Shown here one piece after another: positions 26,819 to 42,600 of a stretch of DNA of 64,000 nucleotides. The DNA lies in contig CAXHJY010001405.1 of NCBI GenBank assembly GCA_964016885.1, positions 41,063 through 105,062 of the forward strand, read 5' to 3'. Numbering within the stretch: position 1 is the stretch's first letter; each line of letters opens with the position of its first letter. The stretch comes from Eledone cirrhosa (taxonomy: Eukaryota). Made by a program: the position numbers and the translations under genes. The notes under the pieces are model-generated. The model was not told the DNA's origin. It searched no databases and saw only the letters and a program-made list of their open reading frames with translations.

Positions 26819-27286
26819 ATAGGAACCAGTAAGACCCCGACAGCTGAGCTCAAGCCGTTTCGACGGCTAATTCTGGACTAAATGAAAATTTATCCTGGTA
26901 TTTAAATAGCCGATCTTCTCAAGGGGTAATTCCATATATGGTCAAAGTGATTGTCAAAAATCAGTAGTAATTCTGTGGTTGCAAATTAGTAGGGGAGATG
27001 GTGGCTAAACCTGGCAGGTTTAGCCACCATCTCCCCTACTAATTTGCAACCACAGAATTACTACTGATTTTTGACAATCACTTTGACCATATATGGAATT
27101 ACCCCTTGAGAAGATCGGCTATTTAAATACCAGGATAAATTTTCATTTAGTCCAGAATTAGCCGTCGAAACGGCTTGAGCTCAGCTGTCGGGGTCTTACT
27201 GGTTCCTATTACCCACTCTACTACCTCAAGTATTGAGTACTTTGGTGCGTTATGGTCCACCTGGTTCCTTACCACATTTCCTTCGT
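26819..27286 (+). mobile_element. Palindromic non-coding element (~195-bp arms centred on 27014) with a hammerhead in each arm
   Basis: 26819-27013 is the reverse complement of 27015-27209, followed by ~77 bp of unique 3' tail. Flanked by (TA)n. Confidence 0.85.
27101..27194 (+). ncRNA. Type I hammerhead ribozyme, U3-A8 core variant (mirror copy 26834-26927, minus strand)
   Basis: acccc TTGAGAA gatcggcta-[loop]-tagccgtc GAAA cggct-tgagctc-agctg TC ggggt. All three stems pair; GUC triplet at 27187-27189. Confidence 0.78.
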
Positions 27287-28180
<894 letters not shown>

Positions 28181-28526
28181 TCATCATTTCATCATTTCAT
28201 TTTTACGTCCGCTTTTTCCCTGCTTGCAAGGGTGGGACGGGAACTGATTTTGGCTTGATTTCTACAGCTGGATGCCCTTCCTAACACTAACCTCATTTAC
28301 AGTGAGTACTGGGTGCTTTTTTGCCGTGGCACCTCCACGACCACTTTTGCAGTGGAATGATATGGACCCCAGTCCCTATCATCTCATTTCTACAGCTGAG
28401 TAAACTGGAGCAATGTGAAATAAAGTGTCTTGCTCAAGGAAACAACACATCACCCGGTCTGAGAATTGAACTCACAACCTTTCGATTGCAAGGCCAATTC
28501 TCTAACCACTAAGCCATGTGCCTCCA
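28181..28526 (-). mobile_element. tRNA-head/CORE-like/RTE-tail SINE
   Basis: A box TGGCTTAGTGG, B box GAGTTCAATTC, CORE-like ccttgagcaagacactttatttcac. The 3' part matches the RTE family B 3' UTR; (GAT)-type tail. Confidence 0.9.
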
Positions 28527-30257
<1,731 letters not shown>

Positions 30258-30861
30258 GGTCACCAGTTGGTGCTACTGGTAACATGTATCCCAGTACAAC
30301 CTGTCCCATGGTCGGGTCGTTGGCGACTAAACTGGCAACCCCACCAAGGTTTCTTGGTGAGGAGGGTGACTTTGGACATCCTGCAGGACTAAAAACAAAA
30401 CCTGTCAAAGGGCAAAGGAGCTCTTAAGAGTCAATGGCCATCCAAAATCACCGGGAGAGATGACCCCTTAGCCTTTGTCAAGGCAGAATTCTAGGAGAGG
30501 GAAAACTCTGATATAACACCTGCAACCCTGATGGTATCCAATGATGTTGACTTGTTCTTCTTTTTGGTAAATATCATCTTGGCTAAGAGAGTGGGACTGG
30601 CTTTGTGCAGTGCCTTTGCTCACTATAAAAGCTTCACGGCACAGGCATTGCTTTATATCTGGAGATCTCTCTGCACTTGTCGTCACATGGTACCATGGGC
30701 CCAGCACTATGTGTCAGTAATTGTCACAAGTGTAGTGTTTGTACCAGAGTTTTCAAGTCGCTGGCTGGACTAAAAAGTCACACTCGTTCAGCGCATCGGT
30801 AGGGGTTCTCCTACATGGATATAAAGTAGTGGCCGTACTCGAAAACGAGTTGGCAGCCACC

Positions 30862-30862
<1 letters not shown>
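30258..30862 (+). mobile_element. ~600-bp non-coding retroposon resembling an RTE 5' UTR
   Basis: A second, truncated inverted copy at 36381-36761 shares the same end (GAGTTGGCAGCCACCA|TATA). The ggagagggaaaactctga motif recalls RTE leaders. Orientation is inferred. Confidence 0.6.
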
Positions 30863-31347
<485 letters not shown>

Positions 31348-34025
31348 ATGCCTCAACAGCATAAAGTGTTTCATCCAAGAGTGTCACCCTGACAACATCT
31401 TAATGATGGGGGACTTCAACCTCCCCGGAGTTGACTGGTCCACAAACACCCTGCCACCAGGTTCTTCTGCCTCAACCTCTGACAGGGAAGCTGTGGAATC
31501 GCTTCTTGACTTCATGGATGATTTCTTCCTATCCCAACTAGTGCTCGAACCAACGAGGTGCCACAAAAACGTCCTAGACTTAATTTTCAGCAATCACACT
31601 GACAATATCCACAATATTGCAGTGGAGAAAACTCTACTCTCTGATCATGACATGGTTCTCTGTGATCTGAGATTCCACCGTCCAATATACAAACCCAATG
31701 TCATTTCTCCTGTCCATCCGTTTGACGCTATGGATTTCCACAATGCAAACTGGGAAGCGATCAGTCATGATCTTGCACATGTCGACTGGTCCTTCACGCA
31801 CACTCATACACCCACTAACATCAAAAAGTCCTGGCAGACTTTTGTGGACACTGTTACAAACATATGTGCTAAACACACCCCATTAAGAACTATAAACAAA
31901 TCTAAGAGCAGAATCCCTAGAAATAGAAAAACACTCATCAGAAAAATTAAGAGAACGAACAAAAAAATCAACAAGCTGAAATACTGTCAGCAGCAACACA
32001 TCAACTTGACTGCCATTTCATCACTAGAGATTAAAAAACATAACCTCCAAAACAACATAATGTCCCTCATCAACAATCAGAGAAGAGCTGAAGAGGCCTG
32101 GGCCATTGAGAAGATCAAACTCAATCCCAAAGTGTTCTTTTCATTTGCAAAAAAACACAAAATCACTGGCTCTACTGTTGGCCCTCTAATTGATGAAAAT
32201 GGCACTCTTCAAGACAATGCTAAAACCATGGGTGAGATACTGCAGAAACAATACTGCTCTGTTTTCAGCAATCCTGATATGGCCGATCTGGGCTGTATCG
32301 GCGATGTTACTCCCCATTACACCTTATCGGACATAACGTTTGGCGCCCCTGATGTCTTGGCGGCAATAAAGGAAATCAAACATAATTCAGCAGTAGGTCC
32401 CGATAGGTTCCCTGCTTGTGTCTTGAAGGCGTGTCAACACCAACTTGCTTCTCCTCTTGCCAATCTGTGGCGGAACTCACTGGATGCTGGATATGTGCCA
32501 GAAAACCTTCTATCCCAGTCTGTTGTCCCAGTTTTCAAAAAGGGAAACAAATCCCTTGCCGTGAATTACCGTCCAATCTCACTCACCTCTCATATCATTA
32601 AGGTATTTGAGCGAGTGGTGAGATCGCGAATGACCCACTTCCTTGAGAGTAACAATATGCTGAACTCCAACCAGCATGGATTCCGTAATGGAAGGGATTG
32701 CCTGACGCAACTACTGCATCACTTTGATGACATTTTGAGAGCCTTGGGAGAGGGTTCCAACACTGATGTTATCTACCTTGATTTCAGCAAGGCCTTTGAC
32801 AGGGTTGATCATAACATTCTACTGAGAAAGCTGTCCAATATTGGTGTCACTGGAAAGCTGCTGCAGTGGATCAAGAGCTTCCTGTCAAACAGAACCCAAC
32901 ATGTTGTAGTTGAGGGAGTCAAATCAAGCCCAGCCAAAGTCAGTAGTGGAGTCCCACAAGGCACTGTGTTGGGCCCACTTCTCTTCATCATCTATATTAA
33001 TGACATCACTGACATCATCAAACACAGCAACATTAAAATTTTCGCTGATGATTCCAAGCTCCAAAAGGTCATCAATGGCGTGGATGACCGGATAAGCCTT
33101 CAGTCAGACCTACTGGCTGTTACCCAATGGGCAGAAAAGAACAACATGTTACTGAACGAAGACAAATTCGAACTGATCCACTTTGGAAAAGAGGATGCTC
33201 TGAAACTCCCGTACTCCCTTCCCTCCGGGGAAACTCTCGTGGCATCTAACAACATCAGAGACTTGGGAGTAACCGTGGACAGCAACATAAGCTGGACCAC
33301 GCATATAAGCAGCAAAGTTGACATGGCCCGCAGAATGTGTTCCTGGATCCTCAGAACCTTCCAGTCGAGAGATTCCCGCACCATTATCCTTCTCTTCTCT
33401 ACTTTCGCCCGACCACACCTTGAATACTGTTGTCCACTGTGGTCTCCCCACACGAAACAAAGTATCATGAAACTTGAAGCTCCTCAAAGGGCAATCACGA
33501 AAAAGATAGATGGCATGTCAGACCTTGACTACTGGGGTCGATTGGAAAACCTGAAACTTTACTCACTCCAACGTCGCCGTGAGCGTTATATTATCTGCAT
33601 GATGTGGAAAATGTTCCATCATCACTGCCCAAATGATGTTGGCATCGCCTTCAAGATACACCCAAGGCTTGGGCCCCGTGCTATCCGTCCCATTCAAAAA
33701 TCTAAATCGCAACTCATAACAACAATACGGCACAATTATTTCACCTCAATCGGCCCTGCTCTCTTCAACATCACACCAGGACACGTCAAAACAGAAACTG
33801 ACCACACAAGATTCAAGAAGTCTTTGGACAAATTCCTCCAAGTAATCCCGGACAAACCACCCACACCCGGATATGTCTCCGCAAACAGTAATTCTCTTCT
33901 CGAATGGGCCATGGTGCCCAAATCCTGAATTGAAAGACTTCGCCAGGTGGTGCTATTAAGTTAGACATGGCCTGGGCCAATACTGGCCAAAACATTTCAA
34001 AGTTATTCAAAGTTATTCAAAGTTA
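31348..34025 (+). mobile_element. 5'-truncated copy of the CR1-group LINE with an uninterrupted RT frame (to stop at 33928)
   Basis: Near-identical to 22259-24926; FADD intact; (TTCAAAGTTA)3 tail. Confidence 0.95.
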
Positions 34026-34070
34026 TATATATATATATATATATACATATATACATATATACATACATAT

Positions 34071-34103
<33 letters not shown>

Positions 34104-34122
34104 TATATATACATATATATAC

Positions 34123-34171
<49 letters not shown>

Positions 34172-34172
34172 C

Positions 34173-34299
<127 letters not shown>

Positions 34300-34306
34300 C
34301 ATATAT

Positions 34307-34736
34307 AAAGAAAAAGGGATGAAATCGAAAATGCAACTGAAGTCTTATTTTTTTTAAAAATATATATATTTATTTGGTTCCTTTACCGGTTTCGCAGTTC
34401 TTCTGCTTTTCAAAAGGTGAGTTGAGATGGAGGGTCTGTGGTTTTTAATACATATATATACATATACATACATATGTGTGAATGAAGTAATTCCATCGGA
34501 AAAGTCCAGGAAAAAAGAGTGCTCTATGTATGCAACAGAGCTTAATTATTATTATTATGTAATAAACAACATAAGGCAATTATTCCATTTACTTATATTT
34601 ATTTGCGTGTGTTAATATGTAGTGGAGTGCATTCATGTATGTGTATGTTTGTACGTTGTATGTTTGTGTGAATGTATGTATGTGTGTGTATATATATGTG
34701 TGTGTGTATGTGTATGTGTATGCTTGTACACACACA

Positions 34737-34769
<33 letters not shown>

Positions 34770-34770
34770 A

Positions 34771-34830
<60 letters not shown>

Positions 34831-34868
34831 GATATGTATATGTGTATATATATATGTGTGTGTGTATG

Positions 34869-34903
<35 letters not shown>

Positions 34904-35294
34904 ATGTATGAATATATGTATGTGTATATGTGTGTATATATGTGTATGTGTGTGTGTGTAGGTGTACGCTCTTTATATATATATATATATATATATATGT
35001 GTATTTGTATGTGTGTATGCGTGCATTTATATGTGTGTGTATATATGTATGTGTGTGTAAGTATGCTTTTGTGTTTTTTTGTGTGTGTTTGCATGTGTAG
35101 TTTTATTTTATTTTTCCTTTCCTTCTCCCTTTTCCAGCCTCACTTTCATATAGATTGCATTTTTGTTTTTAGAATCCATATTCAATAAACAAACCAGGAT
35201 TTTTCATTCTGAGGATTGAAAGCAAAACCTTTTGCTTTTAAGAAACCACTGGTAAATGGAATAATTGCCTTATGTTGTTTATTACATAATAATA
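34307..35294 (-). mobile_element. Penelope-type non-coding fragment with a hammerhead, internal TG/TA tract and a short inverted arm
   Basis: Hammerhead at 34380-34417. 34550-34592 is the reverse complement of 35252-35294. Flanked by (TA)n. Confidence 0.6.
34380..34417 (-). ncRNA. Minimal type I hammerhead ribozyme, U3-A8 variant
   Basis: cctt TTGAAAA gcag-aagaa-ctgc GAAA ccgg TA aagg. Confidence 0.78.
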
Positions 35295-35612
35295 ATATAC
35301 ATACATATACATATATATACATATATACATATATATACATATACATATATATACATATATACATATATATACATATACATATACATATATATACATATAC
35401 ATATATATACATATACATATATATACATATACATACATATACATATATACATATACATATATATACATATACATATATACATATACATATATACATATAT
35501 ACATATATATATACATATATATATATGTATATATATATATATGTATATATATATATGTATATATATATACATATATATATATACATATATATATATACAT
35601 ATATATATATAC

Positions 35613-35647
<35 letters not shown>

Positions 35648-35648
35648 G

Positions 35649-35697
<49 letters not shown>

Positions 35698-36380
35698 CAT
35701 ATATATACATATATATATATATACATATATATACATATATATATATATACATATATATACATATACATATATATACATATATATACATACATATACATAT
35801 ATATACATATATATACATACATATACATATATATACATATATATACATATATATACATATATATATATACATATACACATATACATATATATATATACAT
35901 ATACACATATATATACATATACACATATATATACATATACACATATATATATATACATATATATATATACATATATATATATACATATATATATATACAT
36001 ATATATATATACATATATATATATACATATACATACATATACATATATACATATACATATATATACATATACATATACATATATACATATATATACATAT
36101 ACATACATATACATATATACATATATATACATATACATACATATACATATATATACATATACATATATACATATACATACATATACATACATATACATAT
36201 ATACATATATATACATATACATACATATACATATATATACATATACATATATACATATACACATATATATATACATATACATATACACATATATACATAT
36301 ATATATACATATATATATATACATATATATATATTACATATATATATATATACATATATATATATACATATATATATATA
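35295..36380. repeat. (TA)n/CA microsatellite
   Basis: Read directly from the sequence. Confidence 0.97.
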
Positions 36381-36761
36381 TGGTGGCTGCCAACTCGTTT
36401 TCGAGTATGGCCACTACTTTATATCCATGTAGGAGAACTCCTACCGATGCGCTGAACGAGTGTGACTTTTTAGTCCAGACAGCGACTCGAAAACTCTGGT
36501 ACAAACACTACACTTGTGACAAATATTGACACATAGTGCTGGGCCCATGGTACCATGTGACGACAAGTGCAGAGAGATCTCCAGATATAAAAAAATGCCT
36601 GTGCCGTGAAGCTTTTATAGTGAGCAAAGGCACTGCACAAAGCCAGTCCCACTCTCTTAACCAGGATGATATTTACCAAAAAGAAGAACAAGTCAACATC
36701 ATTGGATACCATCAGAGTTGCAGGTATTATATCAGAGTTTTCCTTCTCCTAGAATTCTGCC
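36381..36761 (-). mobile_element. Truncated second copy of the 30258-30862 element
   Basis: Reverse complement of ~30481-30862 with scattered substitutions. Confidence 0.85.
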
Positions 36762-36890
36762 TATATATATATATATATATATATATAATTCTGCCTATAT
36801 ATATATATATAATTCTGCCTATATATATATATATATATAATTTTGCCTATATATATATATATATATAATTCTGCCTATATATATATATAT

Positions 36891-39245
36891 AAGGTAGATG
36901 AAGCAGTCAAGACCAAGAGACAGGCATGGAAAGAATGGAAGAACGGGGGGAGCAGGGTACATTACATAGAGACCAAGAGGGAAGCTAGGCGACAAGTATA
37001 CTTAGCTAGGAGGTAAGCAGAGGATAGAAAATTCAAGCATGTCTTACAACGTGAGGACCAGAAACAGGAGGTATTCAAGATTGCGAGGCAGTGTGTCAGA
37101 GATAGTTGTGATGTCATTGGAGAGAAGTGTATCCGGAATGATAAAGGTGAGCTTGCCCTCACAAGTGCTGAGAAGAAAGATGCATGGAAGAGTCATTATG
37201 ATAGATTACTAAATGAGGAGAATGCATGGGAAGAAGAGACCCTACCCCACGTAGACCCTATAGAGGGACCAGCAGTACAAGTCAGCGGCAGCGTAGTAAG
37301 TAAGGCAATCAGAGATATGAAGATAGGGAAGGCAACCGGTCCATCGGGTATAGCTGCCGAGATGCTGAAGGCATCTGGGTCTGTAGGTCACACTATAACC
37401 ACACGTATCGTTAACCAGGTAATACTAGAGGGGGCCATACCAAAAGATTGGTGCAGTAGCATCATTGTCAACTGCTACAAAGGTAAAGGCGATGCACTAG
37501 ATAGAGGAAACTATAGAGGTATAAAGTTGATGGACCAGGTCATGAAAGTAACAGAAAGAGTTATAGCACAGCTGATTAGGGACCGGGTGAATATAGACGA
37601 GATGCAATTTGGGTTTGTACCAGGGAAAGGCACCACTGATGCCCTCTTCCTTGTGAGGCAATTACAGGAAAAGTACCTAGCTAAAAGTAAGCCACTCTAC
37701 TTGGCATTTGTCGACCTTGAGAAAGCCTTTGACAGAGTTCCACGTGCAGTAATCTGGTGGGCTCTTAGAAAACTAGGAGTAGATGAATGGCTTGTGAAAG
37801 CGGTACAAGCCATGTATAGGGGAGCAGTCAGCAAAGTTAGGATTGGCAATGAGTATAGCGAGGAATTTAGCGTACAGGTTGGGGTCCACCAGGGCTCTGT
37901 TCTTAGCCCTCTCCTGTTCATCATAGTCCTGCAGGCAATAACGGAGGAGTTTAAGACCGGATGCCCATGGGAACTCCTGTATGCTGATGACCTCGCACTC
38001 ATAGCTGAATCTATGGTAGAACTAGAGAATAAATTCCAAACCTGGAAGCAGGGACTAGAGAGAAAGGGCCTCAAAGTCAACATGACAAAGACTAAGGTCC
38101 TTATAAGTAGACGAGAAAACAGAACCCAGATCCCCTCAGGGAAATGGCCTTGCTCAGTATGTAGGAAAGGTGTAGGTAGGAACTCCATTCTCTGCCCCAA
38201 ATGCAAACAATGGGTACACAAGAGATGTAGCGGGATCTCAGGAAGCTTAATTAAGAATGTAGGATTCACATGCAGCAGCTGTGCTGAAACAGCAAGCAAA
38301 CAGCCACAGGAAACAAGTACCACCAATCTCTGGGAGGGCCCTGTAGAAACAGTAGACAGCTTCTGCTACCTAGGTGACCGAATTAGCAACGGAGGTGGGT
38401 GCTCAGAAAGTACAATAACTAGGGTAAGAACGGGATGGAAGAAGTTTAGGGAACTACTACCACTGCTAGCTGCAAAAGGCTTCTCCCTCAGAATGAAAGG
38501 CAGACTGTATGATGCGTGTATCCGAACAGCGATGTTGCATGGTAGTGAGACCTGGGCGCTGAAGGTGGAAGACTTACGTAGATTAGAGAGAAACGAAGCC
38601 TGCATGCTCCGATGGATGTGTAACAGTAATATACGTGAACGACAAAGCATAAAGGAATTGAGAGAGAGACTGAGCATAAGAGGAATCAAATGCTGCGTGC
38701 AGGAGAGGCGGTTACGCTGGTATGGACATGTGATGCGTATGAAGGATGACAGCTGCATAAAAAGGTGCAGAGCACTAGAAGTTGATAGAAACCGCGGAGT
38801 GGGGAGACCCAAGATGACTTGGGATGAGGTGATAAAAGCCGACCTTACCCAACTACACCTCTCAAAGTCAATGACACACGACCGTGACTTCTGGCGTCAC
38901 GCAGTAATACAGGGTACCCGACCTCCCATGGGTACATGCTGAAGCATATAAACAATATGCCCCCCCCCCCCCACCACAAGGTGGTCGTGGAGGTGCCACG
39001 GCAAGAAAGCACCCAGCCCACACTGTAAAGTGGACGTGTAGGCGCCACGAAAAAGCACCCAGCACTCACTGTAAATGAGGTTGGTGTTAGGAAGGGCATC
39101 CAGCTGTAGAAATCAAGCCAGATCAGTTCCTGTATGAGCAAGGCATGGTCAGCCGACCAGACACTGCCCACAACAGGACAACCCGTCTAACCCATGCTAG
39201 CGTGGAAGAACGGACGTAAAACGGTGATGATGATGATGATGATGA

Positions 39246-39249
<4 letters not shown>
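36891..39249 (+). mobile_element. 5'-truncated RTE family B copy
   Basis: Near-identical to 46849-49205; nonsense TAA at 37014; RT ORF 37317-38942; (GAT)n tail. Confidence 0.95.
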
Positions 39250-39289
<40 letters not shown>

Positions 39290-39641
39290 TCATCATCATC
39301 ATCATCAACGTTTAACGTCCGTGTTCCACGCTTGCATGGGTTTGGACGGGGGTAGTCCCACTTGAGGCAAGAGTGATTGTCTTGCTCGCATAGGACTGTC
39401 TGGCAGGTTTTCTACAGTTGGATGCCCTTCCTAACACCAACCACATTTACAGTGTGGGTCTGGGAGGTTTTTACCGTGTTGCCTACACGGCCACATTACA
39501 GCGTGGACTGTGTGTTTTTTTGTCGTGACACCTACACGATCTCATTTGTTTCGGCCTGGATGGCGCGGCACCAATATAACTTTACATAGAACGGGGTGGT
39601 GTGGATGGGGTGGGGGTGGTGGCGGGACGGGGTGTAGTTTG

Positions 39642-42600
39642 TTAGAGATGCCTACTGGCAAGGCGGGTCTTCTCTGTTACTGAGTACCGCCAAAGGTCAC
39701 GGTCCAGTGACATTGTCTTGGAGAGGTGTAAGTGTGTGAGGTCGGAGTTTATCAGCTCATCCCATGTTTTTCTAGGTCTGCCTATTCCGTGGCTACCGTC
39801 TATCTTTATTGCCCTGCACTTTGTAATACAGCTATCGACTTTCATGCGCATCACGTGTCCATACCAACGCAGCCTTCTCTCGAGTAAACAACATCTGATC
39901 CCTCTTATCTCTAATTTTTTCCTTAGTTCGTTTATGCTTTGCCGTTCACGTATATTACTGTTACACATCCAGCGGAGCATGCAAGCTTCGTTCCTCTCTA
40001 GTCTGCGTATATCCTCTGCACACAATGCCCAGGTCTCACTACCATGCAACATTGCTGTTCGTATGCAGGCATCGTACAACCTGCCTTTCATTTTTAGGGA
40101 GAACCCTTTAGCAGCTAATAGTGGTATAAGCTCTCTGAACTTTTTCCAACCAGTTCTGACTCTAGCTACAGTACTTTCAGAGCACCCTCCCCCACTGCTG
40201 ATTTTATCGCCCAGGTAACGGAAGCTGTCCACTATTTCTATAGAACCCTCTGCGCAATTGAAAGAGCTAGTATTTTGTGGGCACTTGCTGCTACTTATTG
40301 CACCAGAACACCGGCCACATGTAAAGTCTATGTTCTTAGTTAGCTTACCTGTGATCCCACTACATCTTTTATGCACCCATACTTTGCATTTAGGACATAA
40401 GATGGAGTTTCTACCTACGCCTTTCCTACATACCGAGCACGACCATTTCCCAGAAGGGACCGCCGCCTTGTTTTCTTTCCTACAAACTAGAGCTTTGGTC
40501 TTAGCCAGGTTAATTTTAAGTCCTTTTGACTCTAGGCCGTGCTTCCATGTTTGGAATTTCTTCTCTAGCTCGGCCATTGATTCCGCTATGAGTGTCAGGT
40601 CGTCTGCGTATAGGAGTTCCCATGGGCAGCCTGTCTTGAACTCCTCTGTTATAGCCTGAAGGGCAATAATAAATAGTAGGGGGCTGAGAACAGAGCCCTG
40701 ATGGACGCCAACTTTTACGCTAAACTCTTCACTATATTCGTTGTTAATTCTAACCTTGCTGACTGTTTCTTTATACATGGCTTGTATAGCCCTCACAAGC
40801 CATTCGTCAACGCCTAGTTTTCTAAGAGCCCACCAGATAATGGAGCGGGGGACTCTGTCGAAGGCTTTCTCCAGGTCGACAAAAGCTAAGTAGAGGGGTT
40901 TACCTTTAGCTAGGTACTTCTCCTGTAGTTGACGTACTATGAAAAGAGCATCTGTGGTGCTTTTGCCTGACACAAACCCGAACTGCATTTCATCTAGATC
41001 AATTCTCTCTCTGATTAGTTGCGCTATTACTTTTTCCGTGACCTTCATGACCTGGTCGATTAATTTAATGCCTCTATAGTTACTCCTATCTAGGGTGTCT
41101 CCTTTACCCTTATAACAGTTAACGATGATGCTGCTATGCCAGTCCTTTGGAACAACCCCATTCTGTACGACTTGGTTAACTATGCGGGTGACCATGGTGT
41201 GTCCCACCGTGCCAGATGCCTTCAGCATCTCAGCAACTATTTCCGAAGGCCCAGCCGCCTTACCAGTCTTCATATCCTTGATTGCCTTACTTATTATACT
41301 CCCCTCGACTAACACTGCTGGTCCCTCTATCGGGTCGATATGGGGGAGACTGTCTTTCTCCCATTTATTCTCCTCATTTAGTAGCCTTTCATAGTGACAC
41401 TTCCAAGCTACCTTCTTATCAGTGTCGGTGATGGCAAGTATGCCATCATCGTTAAGTACACACTTCTCCCCGACAATATCACGGTTTTCCTTGACGCATT
41501 GCCTGGCAATCCTGAACACCTCACGTTTTTGGTCATCGCGTTGTAGAACATGCTTGAACTTTCTTTCCTCAGCTTCCCTTCTTGCTAAGTACACTTCTCT
41601 CCTAGCTTCCCTCCTGGCCACTTGATAGTCTACTCTACTTCCCCCATCCCGCCATACTTTCCAAGCCTGCTTTTTGGCCTTAATTGACCCCTCCACCCTA
41701 CTGTTCCACCACCATGTTACTCTCCTCCTGCCTACAGGCCTGCTCCAGCCACAGACTTCGTCTGTCGCCAACAGCAGGTTTGCTTTCAGAAATTTCCACT
41801 GTCCCTCTATATTGTCCGATTCTAGATGCTCTTCCTTACTGTCGAAAGCATCAAGTAATATGCTTTGAAATTTATTTCTGGCTGTGGGGTCCTTTAGTTT
41901 CCATATTTTCCTCCTGAGGATAGTCCTCTTCTGCTGTCGGGTACGTCTCGTCCTGACTATGAGGTCGCTAATTATCAGTCTATGTTGGGAGGTGCATTCT
42001 TCATGGGGGAGGGATTTAGTGTTTACAACAGACACTCTGTCACGTCTTCTGGTAAGGATATAATCTACCTGGCTTGTGTGTTCCCCGGATCTATAGGTAA
42101 TCAGGTGATTGTCACGTTTTTTGAAGTTAGTGTTACAGATAGTTAGGTTATTTGCATCACAGTATTCCAGGATTCTGGAGCCTTCCTCATTTCTAGTACC
42201 AAACCCATAGCCTCCATGGATTTCGTCGTAGCCGTCACAATGTTGTCCAACGTGACCATTTAGGTCGCCTGCAATAATTATATAGTCACTGTCAGATATT
42301 TGGGAGGTAGTTAGCAACAGTGTCTCATAGAATCTGTCTTTTATAGTGCCGGGCAGTCCGGATTGGGGTGCGTACGCAGATATTACTGTCACCGTAGTTC
42401 TATTGAGGACAAGTCTTATTTTAATTATTCTGTCGTTCACTCTATTTACGTCTATTATCTTATCTGCCCACTTTTCTGCTACCATGATTCCTACTCCACC
42501 CAGCCCATCGTCGTTTCCCACCCAGAAAAGCTTATAACATCGTTTTTTACCCTCAATGAATCTAGCAGACCCACCCCTCCACCTGGTCTCTTGAATACAA

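Noticed and set aside
28450-28526. tRNA gene
   Set aside because: The A/B boxes belong to a SINE head; no full cloverleaf was found, and it is followed by SINE body and tail in three copies.
30290-30335. HDV-like ribozyme (CCAGT...CTAAACTGG)
   Set aside because: P1 and P3/L3 could not be fitted with the right spacing; kept only as an unresolved structured leader.
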